Assembly: GCF_023055435.1 (NCBI RefSeq)
Contig: NW_025963780.1
Coordinates: 44,888,001-44,952,000, forward strand
Reading direction: 5' to 3'
DNA length: 64,000 nt
Origin: Haliotis rufescens
Lineage: Eukaryota
The notes below the pieces were generated by a model. That model had not been told where the DNA came from. It made no database searches and saw only the letters and a list, made by a program, of their open reading frames with translations. Shown here one piece after another: positions 10,097 through 23,372 of this stretch (position 1 is its first letter; each line of letters opens with the position of its first letter). The translations under genes were made by a program, and so were the position numbers.

Positions 10097-13000
10097 AGAC
10101 ATGGAGGAAGCTTGGAACATGGAGGGACATGGAGGAACATGGAGGAACATGGGGGAACGTGAGGCCATGGAGGGACATGGAGGATCCTGAGGGCATGAAG
10201 GATCCTGAGGGCATGGAGGAACATGGAGGAAGCTGTTAACATGGAGGGACATGGAGGAACATGAAGGAACCTGAGGCCATTGAGAAACATGGAGGAAGCT
10301 GAGGACATGGAGGAACATGGAGGAAGCTGAGGACATGGAGGAACATGGAGGAAGCTGAGGACATGGAGGAAGCTGAGGACATGGAGGAAGCCGAGGACAT
10401 GGAGGAAGCTGAGGACATGGAGGAACATGAAGGAAGCTGAGGACATGGAGGATCCTGAGGACATGGAGGATCCTGAGGACATGCAGGAACATGGAGGATC
10501 CTGAGGACATGGAGGAACATGGAGGATCCTGAGCACATTGAGGAACATGAAGGAAGGTGTTAACATGGAGGAAGCTGAGGACATGGAGGAACATGAAGGA
10601 AGCTGAGGACATGGAGGAACATGAAGGAAGCTGAGGACATGGAGGAACCTGGGGACATGAAGGAACCTGGGGACATGGAGGAACCTGGGGACATGGAGGA
10701 ACATGGGGACATGGAGGAACATGGAGTAACATGAGGCCATGAAGGAAGCTGAGGACATGGAGGAACATGAGGCTATGGAGGAACATGGAGGAAGCTGAGA
10801 ACATGGAGGAACATGCGAACATGGAGGAAGCTGAGGACATGGAGAAACATGGAGGAAGCTGTGGACATGGAGGAAGCTGGTGACATGGAGGAATATGAGG
10901 ACATGGAGGAACATGAGGCCATGGAGGAACATGAGGCCATGGATGAACATGAGGCCATTGAGGAACCTGAGGACATGGAGGAACATGGGGGACCATTCAG
11001 GAACCTGAGAACATGGAGGAACCTGAGGCTATGGAGGAACCTGAGGCTATGGAGGAAGCTGAGGCCATGGAGGAACCTGAGGCCATGGAGGAACCTGAGG
11101 CCATGGAGGAACCTGAGGCCATGGAGGAACATGGAGGAACCTGAGGACATGGAGGAACCTCAGGACATGGAGGAACCTCAGGACATGGAGGAACCTCAGG
11201 ACATGGAGGAACCTCAGGACATGGAGGAACCTGAGGACATGGAGGAACATGGAGGATCCTGAGGACATGGAGTAACATGAGGTCATGGTGGGATATGAAG
11301 ACATGGGGCAGCATGGAGGAACATGACGTCATGGAGGGACATGAGGACAAAGAGGAACATGGAGGAACCTGAGGACATAGAGGAACATGGATGATCCTGA
11401 GGACATGGAGGATCCTGAGGAACATGGAGGAACATGGAGGTACAAGAGGACATGGAGGAACATGAGGACATGGATAAACATGGAGGAAGCTGGTGACATT
11501 GAGGAACATGGAGGAAGCTGAGGACATGGAGGAAGCTGAGGACATTGAGGAAGCTGGGGCCCTTGAAGAACCTGGAGGAAGCTGGGAACATGGAGGAACC
11601 TAGAGGAAGCTGGTGACATTGAGGAACATGGAGGAAGCTGGTGACATTGAAGAACCTGGAGGAAGCTGGGAACATGGAGGAACCTAGAGGAAGCTGGTGA
11701 CATTGAGGAACCTGGAGGAAGCTGGTGACATTGAGGAACCTGGAGGAAGCTGGGAACATGGAGGAACCTGGAGGAACCTGGGAACCTGGAGGAACCTGGA
11801 GGAAGCTGGGAACCTGGAGGAACCTGGAGGAAGCTGGTGACACGGAAAAACCTGAAGACATGGAGGAACATGGAGGAAGCTGGGGACATGGAGGAACATG
11901 GAGGAAGCTGGTGACATTGAGGAACCTGGAGGAAGCTGGGAACATGGAGGAACCTGGAGGAAGCTGAGAACCTGGAGGAACCTGGAGGAAGCTGGGAACA
12001 TGGAGGAACCTGGAGGAAGCTGAGAACCTGGAGGAACCTGGAGGAAGCTGAGAACCTGGAGGAACCTGGAGGAAGCTGGGGACATGGAGAAACCTGAAGA
12101 CATGGAGAAACCTGGAGGAAGCTGGTTATATTGAGGAACATGGAGGAACCTGGAGGAAGCTGGTGACATTGAGGAACATGGAGGAACCTGGAGGAAGCTG
12201 GGAACATGGAGGAACCATGAGGAAGCTGGGGACACGGAAAAACCTGGAGGAACCTGGGAACCTGGAGGAACCTGGAGGAAGCTGGGAACCTGGAGGAACC
12301 TGGAGGAAGCTGGTGACACGGAAAAACCTGAAGACATGGAGGAACATGGAGGAAGCTGGGGACATGGAGGAACATGGAGGAAGCTGGTGACATTGAGGAA
12401 CCTGGAGGAAGCTGGGAACATGGAGGAACCTGGAGGAAGCTGAGAACCTGGAGGAACCTGGAGGAAGCTGAGAACCTGGAGGAACCTGGAGGAAGCTGAG
12501 AACCTGGAGGAACCTGGAGGAAGCTGAGAACCTGGAGGAACCTGGAGGAAGCTGGGGACATGGAGAAACCTGAAGACATGGAGAAACCTGGAGGAAGCTG
12601 GTTATATTGAGGAACATGGAGGAACCTGGAGGAAGCTGGTGACATTGAGGAACATGGAGGAACCTGGAGGAAGCTGGGAACATGGAGGAACCATGAGGAA
12701 GCTGGGGACACGGAAAAACCTGAAGACATGGAGGAGCATGGAGGAAGCTGGGGACATGGAGGAACATGGAGGAAGCTGGTGACATGGAGGAACATGGAGT
12801 AAGCTGGTGACATTGAGGAACCTGGAGGAAGCTGGGAACATGGGGGAACCTGGAGGAACCTGGGAACCTTGAGGAACCTGGGAACCTGGAGGAACCTGGA
12901 GGAAGCTGGGGACACGGAAAATCTTGAAGACATGGAGGAACATGGAGGAAGCTGGGGACATGGAGGAACATGGAGGAAGCTGGTGACATTGAGAAACCTG

Positions 13001-13892
13001 GAGGAAGCTGGGAACATGGAGGAACCTGGAGGAAGCTGAGAACCTGGAGGAAACTGAGAACCTGGAGAAACATGGAGGAAGCTGGGGACACGGAAAAACC
13101 TGAAAAAAGGAGGAACATGGAGGAAGCTGGGGACATGGAGGAACATGGAGGAAGCTGGGGACATGGAGGAACATGGAGGAAGCTGGTGAGATTGAGGAAC
13201 GTGGAGGAAGCTGGGAACCTGGAGGAAGCTGGGAACATTGAGGAACCTGGAGGAACCTGGAGGAACCTGGGGACACGCAAAAACCTGAAGACATGGATAA
13301 ACGTGGAGGAAGCTGGTGACATTGAGGAACATTGAGGAACCTGGAGGAAGCTGGGAACATGGAGGAACCTGGAGGAAGCTGAGAACCTGGAGGAAGCTGG
13401 GGACACGGAAAAACCTGAAGACATGGAGGAACATGGAGGAAGCTGGGGACATTGAGGAACATGGAGGAAGCTGGGGACATGGAGGAACATGGAGGAAGCT
13501 GTGGACATGGAGGAACAAGGAGGATGCTGGTGACATTGAGGAACCTGGAGGAAGCTGGGAACATGGAGGAACCTGGAGGAACCTGGGAACCTGGAGGAAC
13601 CTGGAGGAACCTGGGGACACGGAAAAACCTGAAGGCATGGAGGAACATGGAGGAAGCTGGGGACATGGAGTAACATGGAGGAAGCTGGGGACATGGAGGA
13701 ACATGGAGGAAGCTGGGGGTATGGAGGAACATGGAGGAAGCTGGGGACATGGAGGAACATGGAGGAAGCTGGGGACATGGAGGAACATGGAGGAAGCTGG
13801 GGACATGGAGGAACATGGAGGAAGCTGGGGGTATGGAGGAACATGGAGGAAGCTGGGGGCATGGAGGAACATGGAGGAAGCTGGGGACATAG
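10097..13892. repeat. Purine-rich complex satellite built from 8-10-bp subunits (CATGGAGGAA, CCTGGAGGAA, GCTGGGGA)
   Basis: Directly visible tandem repeats; subunit usage changes along the array. Confidence 0.97.
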
Positions 13893-14211
13893 AGGATAGA
13901 GGAAGTTCCACTGGTCGGATGAGAGGTGGTTCCTGCTTCGTGTCACAGACAAGCGTATTTGGATCTGGTGAGAAAGATACACGGCAGATACACGGCAGAT
14001 ACACGTCCCGGAACATACGTCACACAGTTCCTTTGGGTAAAGAATCGGTTGTAATGTGTTACTGCCTATCCCATGATTTAATGCAGAACGTGGGCAGTGT
14101 GCAGGGGACTCTGACAAATGACAGGTACAGGTGTCAGATCCTGGGTCCGATCGTTGTTCCACATTTTGATAACCACCCTCTGGGTAACAGACCCGTCTAC
14201 ATGGACAACAA

Positions 14212-14460
14212 ACCTGTGAAGATCCGGGTTAGAATTGATCTTCAGCAACCCATACTCGCGGTAGGAGACGACAATGTTTGTCGTAAGAGACTAACGGGAT
14301 TGGGAATTCAGGCTCGCTGACTTGGTTGATAAAGGTCATGGTACCCCAATTGCGTAGATCGATGCTCATGATAACAATCACTGTATTGTCTGGTCCGGAC
14401 TCGATTATTTACAGACAGCCGTCATTTAGCTGAACTATTGCTGCGTTAAACAACAAACCA
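14212..14460 (+). mobile_element. Family A element, diverged
   Basis: ACCTGTGAAGATCCGGGTTAGAATTGATCTTCAGC head, family A body, GCGTTAAACAACAAACCA tail. Confidence 0.85.
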
Positions 14461-15393
14461 ACATGGATGCCAACACTGTCCCATCACTGGAGTCATGAGG
14501 AGGATGGTTGAGTCGGTTGAGATGGTTTAACCTCGTGAAAGGAGGCTCGTCAGCTTACCAGCCACGACTATCTCGGGCGTACATAAGTCACGGACCAAGT
14601 TTGTCAATAATAAACACAATGAAATGTCCATCAACATATTGTGTTTTCTATTTAGATATTGGGCCAGCCCACAGGTCTCAAACCTAATGGTGAACATGGC
14701 AGGTGTCGCGCAACTTTTTGTCTAAGGTCCTAATTAGAAGAAATATTGTGTCCTTTGGCCTTTTCAAGATAGGCTTGTCCTTGGTTCGTATCGAAGGTTC
14801 TTTCCGACAATGGCCTGTCGGGACTATTCTTTTTAGCGTGGGTTTCACAGAAAGGAAAGTTATACGACTGATTCCCGTTTGTCTTTGTCTAATTAAGCTG
14901 ACCGCGCAGTACCAATTTGTTAATTACGGTTAAAAATGGTTAAAAAACTCATTATTACGTAATCGAAATGAAATGCTTTGAACCATCACGGTCACAGTAT
15001 TGCTTGGTACTTTGAAGGAACTGGTTAGTTGCATCACGTTCATATACATAGTGAGGTACTCCTCTCATCAGTGTATTCTCGGCGTCTGTATGAGTGAGTG
15101 AATGTCGTTAAACGCCGCAGTCAGCAATATTCCAGCTGTACTGTTGCAGCGTGAGGTCATCCTAAAGATTCCACCACTACCTTTTCAGCTGGCTCCAGGA
15201 ATCACCCCTTTTACTTCGTGGAGAAGGCGTTCGACCACGGCATCCGAAGGTCCGAGGTTCGAATCCAGTCCCTGAACATATTATGGCGGGTATACACAAC
15301 CTGTGGCCGAAATCATGAGGAGCGATCCCTCTATCGAGACAGCCTCACCACCGAGCCAATTTACACGCCTCTGAACGCAAGCAGTGCAAACAA

Positions 15394-15606
15394 AGGCGAC
15401 TATGCTTGTCGTAAAAGGCGACCAACGGGATCGGGTGGTCAGGCTCGCTGACTTGGTTGATGCTTGTCATCGATCCCAATTGCGTGGATCGATGTTCATG
15501 ATGTCAATCACAGGATTGTCTGGTCCAGGCTCGATTATTTACAGACCGCCGTCATATAGCTGGAATATTGCTGAGTGCGGCGTTAAACAACAAACCAACC
15601 AACCAA
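15394..15606 (+). mobile_element. Family A element, 5'-truncated
   Basis: 12-bp TSD CAGTGCAAACAA at 15382-15393 and 15607-15618; begins inside the duplicated GTCG hairpin. Confidence 0.9.
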
Positions 15607-16468
15607 CAGTGCAAACAATGAACGCTGGGATCTCTTACAACGAGAGTTCCCACGGGGTCGCTCTCTCAGAGAAGTGTGCCCTTGAAGTACGGTGACCCTA
15701 CCTATGACATGCACGAGAACTATCGTGACACACCATGCGTTCAAAGTAAATCTGTAAACCTCTCTTAAAATTACAGTATTAAGACTTCTTTCTGACACTT
15801 TTATTTTTATGGAAATTAACATAACTAGTTTTGTGATTTAAAACTTTTTTTGTAGCTGTCTTGGGAATTAAGCAGGAGAGCAAAATGACTGACATTTCAA
15901 GGTATAAGAGTACCTCTTCCATCACACATATAATTAAGTGTCAGACGTAATTGCAGGAATCGATTAATGAAAATCTTACGCCAAGTGAAGCACAGGGTAA
16001 ATCTGTTCACTGATAAACATGTCATTAGTGGCCATGTCAAATATTTTGCCCAACTATTTAAAAAATATTCAGTTAATTTGTGTTCTTTTATTCATGTTTT
16101 GATATTATGCGATTTGTTTACATCTGTATTTGATGGGTAATTACGCTGCACATAAACAAAATATTAAAAACAAATCCCGTTTCGCATCGCGCTAAATCTG
16201 ACATGTCGGAGTTTAGATTCTGTATCTCCTTCTGTTTGATGTTCATGCTGTTTGATTGGCACGTGGTCATGGGTTATTTACGTTTCAGCTATCAACAATT
16301 AATTAGTAACTGGATGCTAATAAAACCGATCGACCTTTGCTCGACTATGTCCACTGTTGTTTAAGTCTTCAAGCACTCACAGGGTGATTTGAAACATTTT
16401 GTTGGACAAGTACATCGCATGGTTAAATTCATGTACGTCCCACCTTTAAAAACATTATGAATGTACAC

Positions 16469-16470
<2 letters not shown>

Positions 16471-16501
<31 letters not shown>
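16471..16501. repeat. (TG)n(TA)n microsatellite
   Basis: Visible dinucleotide run. Confidence 0.9.
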
Positions 16502-16670
16502 CATTTATGAATTTACACATCTACGATATGCGTTATCTTCAAACAGTAAGATGCATTCTTCAAACAAAGTTCTGGTAAACAAAGTTAAATCAAACATAGT
16601 CTGAAGCGACAGACTCGAACGCTGCTACACCACTACAACCACTACTACTACCACAACGACTACTACAACT

Positions 16671-17035
16671 GACCGCCTCCGTGGTCTAGTGGTAGAGCCT
16701 CCGCCCGGAGAACGGAAGGTGGCGGTATTAGTGACCAACTCGTGTTATTCCGGGACAAGGTGCAGGTTACGGAAAGACGCGAGTGGTGACGAATGAGGGG
16801 GCGGATTTGAGCCCGTGGCCGCGTCATACCAAAAGACGTTGAAAGACGATACTTGTTACACTGCCTGACGTTCGGCATTAAAGGGCTAAAACAAGTACTG
16901 GTCGGCTCGGAGTAATCTGTTATACTGTGTGTGAGTAGGGTATTCATGTTAAAGTGCGACATGGTATCTCAGTGTGCTAGCTCTATAAACTCGGCATTAG
17001 TCCGGACTAGTTCAAGCGCGCGCGCACACACACAA
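16671..17035 (+). mobile_element. tRNA-headed SINE family D (V-domain-like core), with an insertion in the head and no tail stem
   Basis: Colinear with 20694-21035 (GACCGCCTCCGTGGTCTAGTGGTAGAGC...CGCGTCATACCAAAAGACG...GTCCGGACTAGT); extra ~80 bp before the B box. Confidence 0.8.
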
Positions 17036-17267
17036 CCACAACCACACCTACTGCTGCCGCGACTACTACTACTTATAATAATGACGGTGGGGGGCGGTAT
17101 TCATAAAAAAAAAAAGATTTGTCTTGTCTAAACTTAAGTTTTTTGAAATCTGACTTAGCTAAGTCTGAGACTTAAATAGATATGCATAAAGATGCTAAGT
17201 CCGAAACTTAGCTAAGTCTCCAAAGAAAAACAAAGTCACTTTCGCAGTACGTACCAGGAACGTAACG

Positions 17268-17460
17268 CTGCTCGTAAGAGAGGACGAAAGGGATCAGGGT
17301 TGTCAGACTCGGGTGTAGTGCCACCGCACCCCGACGACTGACATGTAGGATATTACTCATAATATCAACCACTGGTTTCTCTGGCCCAGACTTAATTGTT
17401 ATTTACAAGCCGTTGTCATATTATCTGGAATATTGCAAATGCGGCGTTAAAAACACTCTT
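17268..17460 (+). mobile_element. Old, diverged family A element
   Basis: CTCGTAAGAGAGGACGAAAGGGATC...TCTGGCCCAGACT...GGAATATTGCAAATGCGGCGTTAAA. Confidence 0.7.
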
Positions 17461-18195
17461 ACAAAAGTGTCAAAGACCGCTAATGTCGGTTTCACTGCGA
17501 CTGGTCCAGAGATGTTATTTTGGTTTATATGTCTATTGTCCTATCCTGAAAGTACTTCCGTGAGACAGTGCATCAGAACATCAGCATTGTCCACGACAGC
17601 TCCACACTGTCATACCGTACACGTCACTTAAGGGGCATCTCGAGCGAAGCGAGTGTTCAGCAGGTTACTCGCTCCAGGGCGCTGATCGACGTGTAGCAGT
17701 CCGCGAAGCAAGGGTTATCATTTTACTCCCATTCCATTCAACTTAATCAAGATTTCTTGAACCGTGACTAACGCACTCATGACATAAATGAGAAAAGTAG
17801 AGACTGATTTTTAAAACTTTAACGTTTATTACACACACACTATATTTATTAAACATGAAACTAGAGAAGGCCAATAAGACCCAAACAGATGTATACAGGC
17901 CGCCCCCGTTATAGTGCCACGTTTCGTCCAGCGGAAAGTAAGGCATTAATAATCAGGGAGGTAAAAAACAGACCTTACTGACATGATATATAGAAATGGG
18001 AAATGCCAATATATACTCTTAAAAAAATGAAACGCAAAGCCAGATTTGTGTGAGGTAGGAAAAGACATTTGTACGAGGAACCGTACAGGGTGTTGAGCCA
18101 AAATGTTGTGGAGAGACCACTTGGTGATTGTAGTCATCTCAGTTATCGGTACATAGGAAAAGTCCAAGGTGAAGGTCAGCTACCATCAATAACGA

Positions 18196-19351
18196 TTATG
18201 TCCCCGAGTAATCGATAGCGGCCTGACATTTCCTGCCCATGGAAGAGACGAGTATGCGAATCACATCCTGGGGAATGGTAGCCCACTTGGCCTGCAACGC
18301 AAAAGCTAACTGCTGCAACGTCTGGGGTTGTGGTTGACGTCGGCGTAGCCGTCTATCCAATTCATCCCACAGGTGCTCTATCGGGTTCAAATCCGGGGAT
18401 CTGGAGGACCAGGGGAGAACATCGACGTTGTTGTTGTGTAGACAGGCTCTTGTGATCCGTGCTGTATGCCGTCGAGCGTTGTCCGGCTGGAATACACCTT
18501 TGCCGTTTGCTGCAATTGGGAGGAAATGTGGTAGGAGAATTTTGTTGATGTAACGTTGAGCCGTAAGATTGCCCTGGATATGGACCAAACCTGTCCTGCC
18601 CTGATGAGAGATAGTCGCCCACATCCAAACGCTACCCCCACCAAACCTGTCCACTTCCTGTACGCAGTTTCAGGCGTAAAGTTCTCACCTCCGTCGGTAA
18701 ACTCACTCACTCACTCACTCCTCTCGACAGAGGAGAAATCTTGATTCGTCGCTGAACCAGCCATCTCTCCATCGCAGTTAAGGCCATACACTGTGTTAAC
18801 GACACCAATGCAGTCGTTGTTGACGATGTTGTCGACTAAATATGACGCGTCGAACAGGACGTCTTGCTCGTGGACGTGCTGCTCTTAAACGGTACGGTCT
18901 GGTGGGAGATTCTGCGCAGTCCGGGTATTTGGGATGCGGTTGAGGTGGCTGTGGTCATCCTTTCACATGGGGGCGGTCGGGAAGCCAAGTGGTTAAAGCG
19001 TTCGCTCGTCACGCCGAACCCAGGTTCGATTCCCGACATGGGTGCAATGTGTGAAGCCCATTTCTCGTGTCCCCCGCCGTAATATTGCTGGAATATTGCT
19101 AAAAACGGCGTAAAACCATACTCACTCACTCATCCTTTCTCGTAGGTGGTGCAGTCGGATGTAGCGATCATGGGCGGGGGTGGTTACTCTTGATCGTCCC
19201 AACCTTGGCCGATCACGTGTTGACCCGTGCGATTGTTAACCGATCCCATAGCCTTGTGATGGTGCTGGGCGCTACATTGAAAACCCTGGCTACAGCTGAT
19301 CGGGATTCCCTTTCCTGCAAGCGGCCTATGTACTTCTATTAATCTTGGCAT
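18196..19351 (-). pseudogene. Tc1/mariner DD34E transposase relic containing a family C SINE
   Basis: MPRL start at 19351; DESRF, DRFGGGSVWMW, FQPDNARRH, SPDLNPIEHLWDEL; frameshifts and stops in the N-terminal half. Confidence 0.9.
18969..19129 (+). mobile_element. Short tRNA-headed SINE, family C
   Basis: A box AGCCAAGTGG, tRNA-Asp-like CTCGTCACGCC, B box GGTTCGATTCC; tail CGGCGTAAAACCATA(CTCA)n; TSD TCATCCTTTC at 18955 and 19130. Confidence 0.9.
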
Positions 19352-19845
19352 GTTGTTGAACCGTCACTGATCGATTGACGCAGATGCCAGGCAATCAAAC
19401 ACCTTGCACTTTGATACCGTTCATGGTGCTGCTGCACGTGCAGTACGTCCAGCTCCACGACTCTTTTGTTAATGCACTGGGTGCTTTTTTCCGAATCGTA
19501 CGTGTTTCTCGACTAATGGTTTGCACGTCCTTGTTGTTATCATTTGGATGCGGGATTTTTGTCACTGACAACATAACACATTAATCCTCTTCATTTTGCA
19601 CCTCTTGGTCCGCTAATTTTGCTTTTATGTCAAAAAATATCCGTATTGCGTTTCTTTTGTTGAAGAATATATTTAATCTTGAAGAAAACGATATTTTCAT
19701 TGATATAAAACTTGTGTGATATTTTAAGAAAGTGTGAGTGATTCTCCGCCTGACGATTATCTGTGAAAACAATAGAGATCAATGCCTTGTTGATTTAGAA
19801 GAGAGAACGTTTCCAAAAGATAACCACAATGCCAATTTGTTGTCC

Positions 19846-20081
19846 ACCCGTGAAGATTCCGGGATAGAATAGGTCTTCAGCAACCCATGCTTGCCATGAA
19901 AGGCGACTAACGGGATCGGGTGGTCAGGCTCGCTGACTTGGTTGATGCATGTCATCGATCCCAATTGCGAGGATCGATGTTCATGATGTCAATCACTGGA
20001 TTTTCTGGTCCAGGCTCGATTATTTACAGACCGCCGTCATATAGCTGGAGTGCGGCGTTAAACAACAAACCAACCAACCAA
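19846..20081 (+). mobile_element. Family A element
   Basis: ACCCGTGAAGA head; TSD CCAATTTGTTGTC at 19832-19844 and 20082-20094. Confidence 0.92.
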
Positions 20082-20693
20082 CCAATTTGTTGTCAAAATT
20101 AAAACAAAAATATGGCATTATAACCAGGGAATTGGAACGTTTGTTATGAAAAACATTGGCATTGGCATCACAACCAGGGTGGCTTTATAACCAGGGAGTT
20201 ATGCACGTCGTATATCCGTGTCTGAGAAAAAACATGGTTTTATAACCAGAATGGCATTGTAACAAGGGTGATATTATAACCAGGGTGGCATTTTTACGAG
20301 GGAGGATTGTAGTGACTGTACACGGTGCGGGCGTGAAGTAATATAACTATGCTTATTAGAAGTAGTAAATAATATGTCATCTGCATGACTAAATTGTCAT
20401 TTCGGAATTGAAATGGTTAAGGTTTAAAATAACGTCCATGGCACGACATACTCATCCCAAACACACAATCGCTAAAAATGATTCAAACTGCAGCTTTGTT
20501 TTAAAAATGTCAGTGTTTACACCTAGCAAGATTGCGAAGTTTAAATGGTAGTCCAGTTTACAATCATTGTGGTCATAACAACGTTGATAATGTTTACATA
20601 CAAATAATTTTTAAAACCACAGCTTTTATTGTAATAATATGTCAGTTTGTACAGTGGAGGTTTTCTCACGCCACGTAGTACTGGTGTCAAGTA

Positions 20694-21035
20694 GGACCGC
20701 CTCCGTGGTCTAGTGGTAGAGCGTCCGCCCGGAGAGCGGAAGGTCCGGGGTTCGATCCCCGGCCGCGTCATACCAAAAGACGTTAAAAGATTGTACGTGT
20801 TGTTACCCTGTCTGGTAAAACAAGGACTGGTCGGCTCGGAGTCAGTATACTGTGTCTGAGTGGGGTATTCATGTTAAACTGCGGCATGGTATCTCAGTGA
20901 GCTAGCACTATAAATCGGCATCAGTCCGGACTAGTACAAGCAGCCACACAAACACACACACGCACATGCACGTCGCTATATAAGTGCAATAATCTTGGAC
21001 GCGACGTTAAACCCCATTTCACCTCACCTCACCTC
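20694..21035 (+). mobile_element. tRNA-headed SINE family D with V-domain-like core
   Basis: A box TGGTCTAGTGG, B box GGTTCGATCCC, core GTCATACCAAAAGACGTTAAAA..GTAC, tail CGACGTTAAA...(CACCT)n; TSD ACTGG(T/G)GTCAAGTA at 20680 and 21036. V-domain assignment is from recalled consensus. Confidence 0.88.
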
Positions 21036-21279
21036 ACTGGGGTCAAGTAAATCTTGAACAATTAGTTATTTCCTAGGGGATCGAATAGTTCGTTAATCCG
21101 GAAATATATTAATCGGGAGGCTGTCGTTGAGTGCGGTGACGACTTTGCAAACTGTGTTCATGTAGTATTACAGAACACCCTAAAAGAACACCGTTCTGTT
21201 CCATGAGTTGCTCAGTCCTTCTGGCCAGAGAGTGTTTGTCGATGCTGTACCTTTCAATCAATGACTTCTTTTTTCAGAT

Positions 21280-21520
21280 GGTCGGCCTCTGTGCTCCAGT
21301 GGATAGAGCGTCTGTCAGTATAGCGGTATAGTGGTATAGCGGCAGGATAGCGGAAGGTACGGCGGGTCCATCACCTGGTCTCGCCATACCAAATACTTCA
21401 CCAGATGGTACTTGTTGTTGCCCTGTCTGGCGCACTATGAGGATACAAATAATATTTGTAATATGTATGTACAGCATCGTTTTCTCGCATGCCGTTGTCG
21501 TTACGTTAAGCCATATTTCA
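21280..21520 (+). mobile_element. Old, diverged family D-like SINE
   Basis: CAGTGGATAGAGCGTC...GCGGAAGG...CATACCAAA...GGTACTTGTTGTTGCCCTGTCTGG and a tail-like CGTTAAG. Confidence 0.6.
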
Positions 21521-22097
21521 GTGTAAGAACTTAAAACGAATACTTGCTTTCTTAATATAGGAGAGTCGACAATAACTGTATCGTTATAAGTTATTCATTA
21601 AACTTTGTTTTTCCCTTTAGCCACACAAATACGTTCGGCAGTTCTTCTTAACAGCATTTCGAAATATGTAGTGTAATAAGACTTGAACATATGCTTTGTC
21701 AATCTGTGAATTACACCTTGGCGTGTATTATTATCTTTCTTGACTTATTTTACAGGAACGGTACGGATGTATGGCTGATGATGCGTTTAGATGGCTGATA
21801 CTTATTCTCACCCAAAACCATCCTTACCATGATCCTTCCATTCTGAGTGGATAGAACAGTCCCAACACCGGAATAACTTTCATTTTCATGTCAATAAAGA
21901 TTTCGTGGTCTTTTGTTCAGAACACAGAATGTTTTCACTCATGTATTGCAACCAACACTGTTGCAAAATTAGTAAAAAGGTTGTTTTTCTCGAAAACTGT
22001 AGTTTCATTTAACCGTGGAAACGGGCTTATTTGTATGTTTCTGACAAAATCAGGAATACTTAGTAATGTTACTTTTCAAAGTTAAAATTGTTAAATC

Positions 22098-22366
22098 ATG
22101 CGGGCATTAGCTCATGGATGTATCTGGTTACACGATAACTACCCACATTATGCGTGGCATTAGCTCATGGGTGTATCTGGTTACACGATAACTACCCACA
22201 TTATGCGTGGCATTAGCTCATGGGTGTATCTGGTTACACGATAACTACCCACATTATGCGTGGCATCAGCTCATGGGTGTATCTGGTTACACGATAACTA
22301 CCCACATTATGCGTGGCATCAGCGCATGTGTGTATCTGGTTACACGATAACTACCCACATTATGCA
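22098..22366. repeat. 53-bp minisatellite, ~5 copies
   Basis: Unit TTATGCGTGGCATTAGCTCATGGGTGTATCTGGTTACACGATAACTACCCACA; period seen at 22201 and 22254. Confidence 0.95.
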
Positions 22367-23099
22367 CGGTTAGAAAAAAACCCCCTTTCCCTCTGACATT
22401 TGTGTGTACTTATGTACCTTCAGGTTAACTTATACTATATATATATATTATTTTTAGCAGTCTTGCGTTCTTCCGTTTATCATATGTAACTAATCGGCCT
22501 TCAGAGAGAATCAATATCTGGAATGAGCCATACATCCAACATCAATCCAGAAGGGCTTGGACATTCTCGATTTAGAGAACCACTTAGGAACTACGGGGAA
22601 ATACGGATAATGTGTCTCGAGGGAACTGATTGAAGTTACTTGCATTGACATGCGGGGTAGATAATACGTACGTCATCGTCCTTTGTGAGTAATGTTATAG
22701 ATATCCAGGAAAATGGACCAAAACATGCCTTTACTTCTACGGGGTGTCCATGACGTCCATGAGGTCTAAATACAAACCCCAAACCCCTTCAAAAGAAATT
22801 TCTGCTACAAGAAGAACACATGGTAGGATTCTGACGATATTGTGAGCATATGTTTATGAATCACTATCAAATGGTGATAGTATCAGGCATTCTCTAAAAA
22901 GGTGAGCGTATCCTGCCCCATCGGTGGTACCCGTCACAAACACAAGGTAAATGTTCACTCGAAAAACAACACATGCGGTACATGTAGAAGTCAAAATCGG
23001 GAGTTGCATCGGACATCATTTTTGGCACTGATGCGTCAAATTTGGAAATGTCCCAAAGTATCTACCATAAAACTGAAAGATTTACTGTAGCCCTATATA

Positions 23100-23372
23100 C
23101 GCGCAGTACCACCGTGGGTTTCATCAAGGTGTTAAACCTCTAAGATATGAATCACTTCGTGTATTCTTCCAATATCAAAGGGAGGTCAGGTAGCCTCGTG
23201 ATTAAAGCTCCCGCTTTCCCACATGGGTATATGTGAAGCCCAATTCTGATGTTCTGGCCGTGATGTTGCTGAAACGGCGTAAAACCTTACTCACTCCATC
23301 ATAAAAGTGGCACGTCGTGATAGAACGAAAATAGTGTTCCAATCGGCGTTTCACAAAACGCACTTACTCCCT
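23100..23372 (+). mobile_element. Old family B SINE fragment with a nested family C SINE (~23180-23297)
   Basis: CGTGGGTTTCATCAAGGTGTTAAAC is the family B body. It is interrupted by TAGCCTCGTGATTAAAGC...ATGTGAAGCCCA...CGGCGTAAAACCTTACTCACTC, then the family B tail resumes. Confidence 0.65.

Larger units (their letters stand above)
9715..14725 (+). mobile_element. Tc1/mariner relic split by a 3.8-kb satellite and a family A insertion
   Basis: MPRKRLSDSERW...VISRL from 9973; resumes after the array as RKFHWSDE...VQGTLTNDRYRCQIL.PIVVPHF...VYMDN. Degenerate TIR-like ends (AAAAAGT...TGCGCAACACC ~9720-9750 vs GGTGTCGCGCAACTTTTT ~14702-14719). Ends approximate. Confidence 0.75.

Noticed and set aside
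10079-14320. Long ORFs of 300-895 aa on both strands
   Set aside because: They are translations of a satellite whose units lack stop codons; several overlapping frames are open and no domain is present.
17089-17225. MITE-like fragments with ACTTAGCTAAGT palindromes; similar hints at 17640-17720, 23570-23740 and 55000-55510
   Set aside because: No paired TIRs or TSDs could be identified, so they were not called as features.
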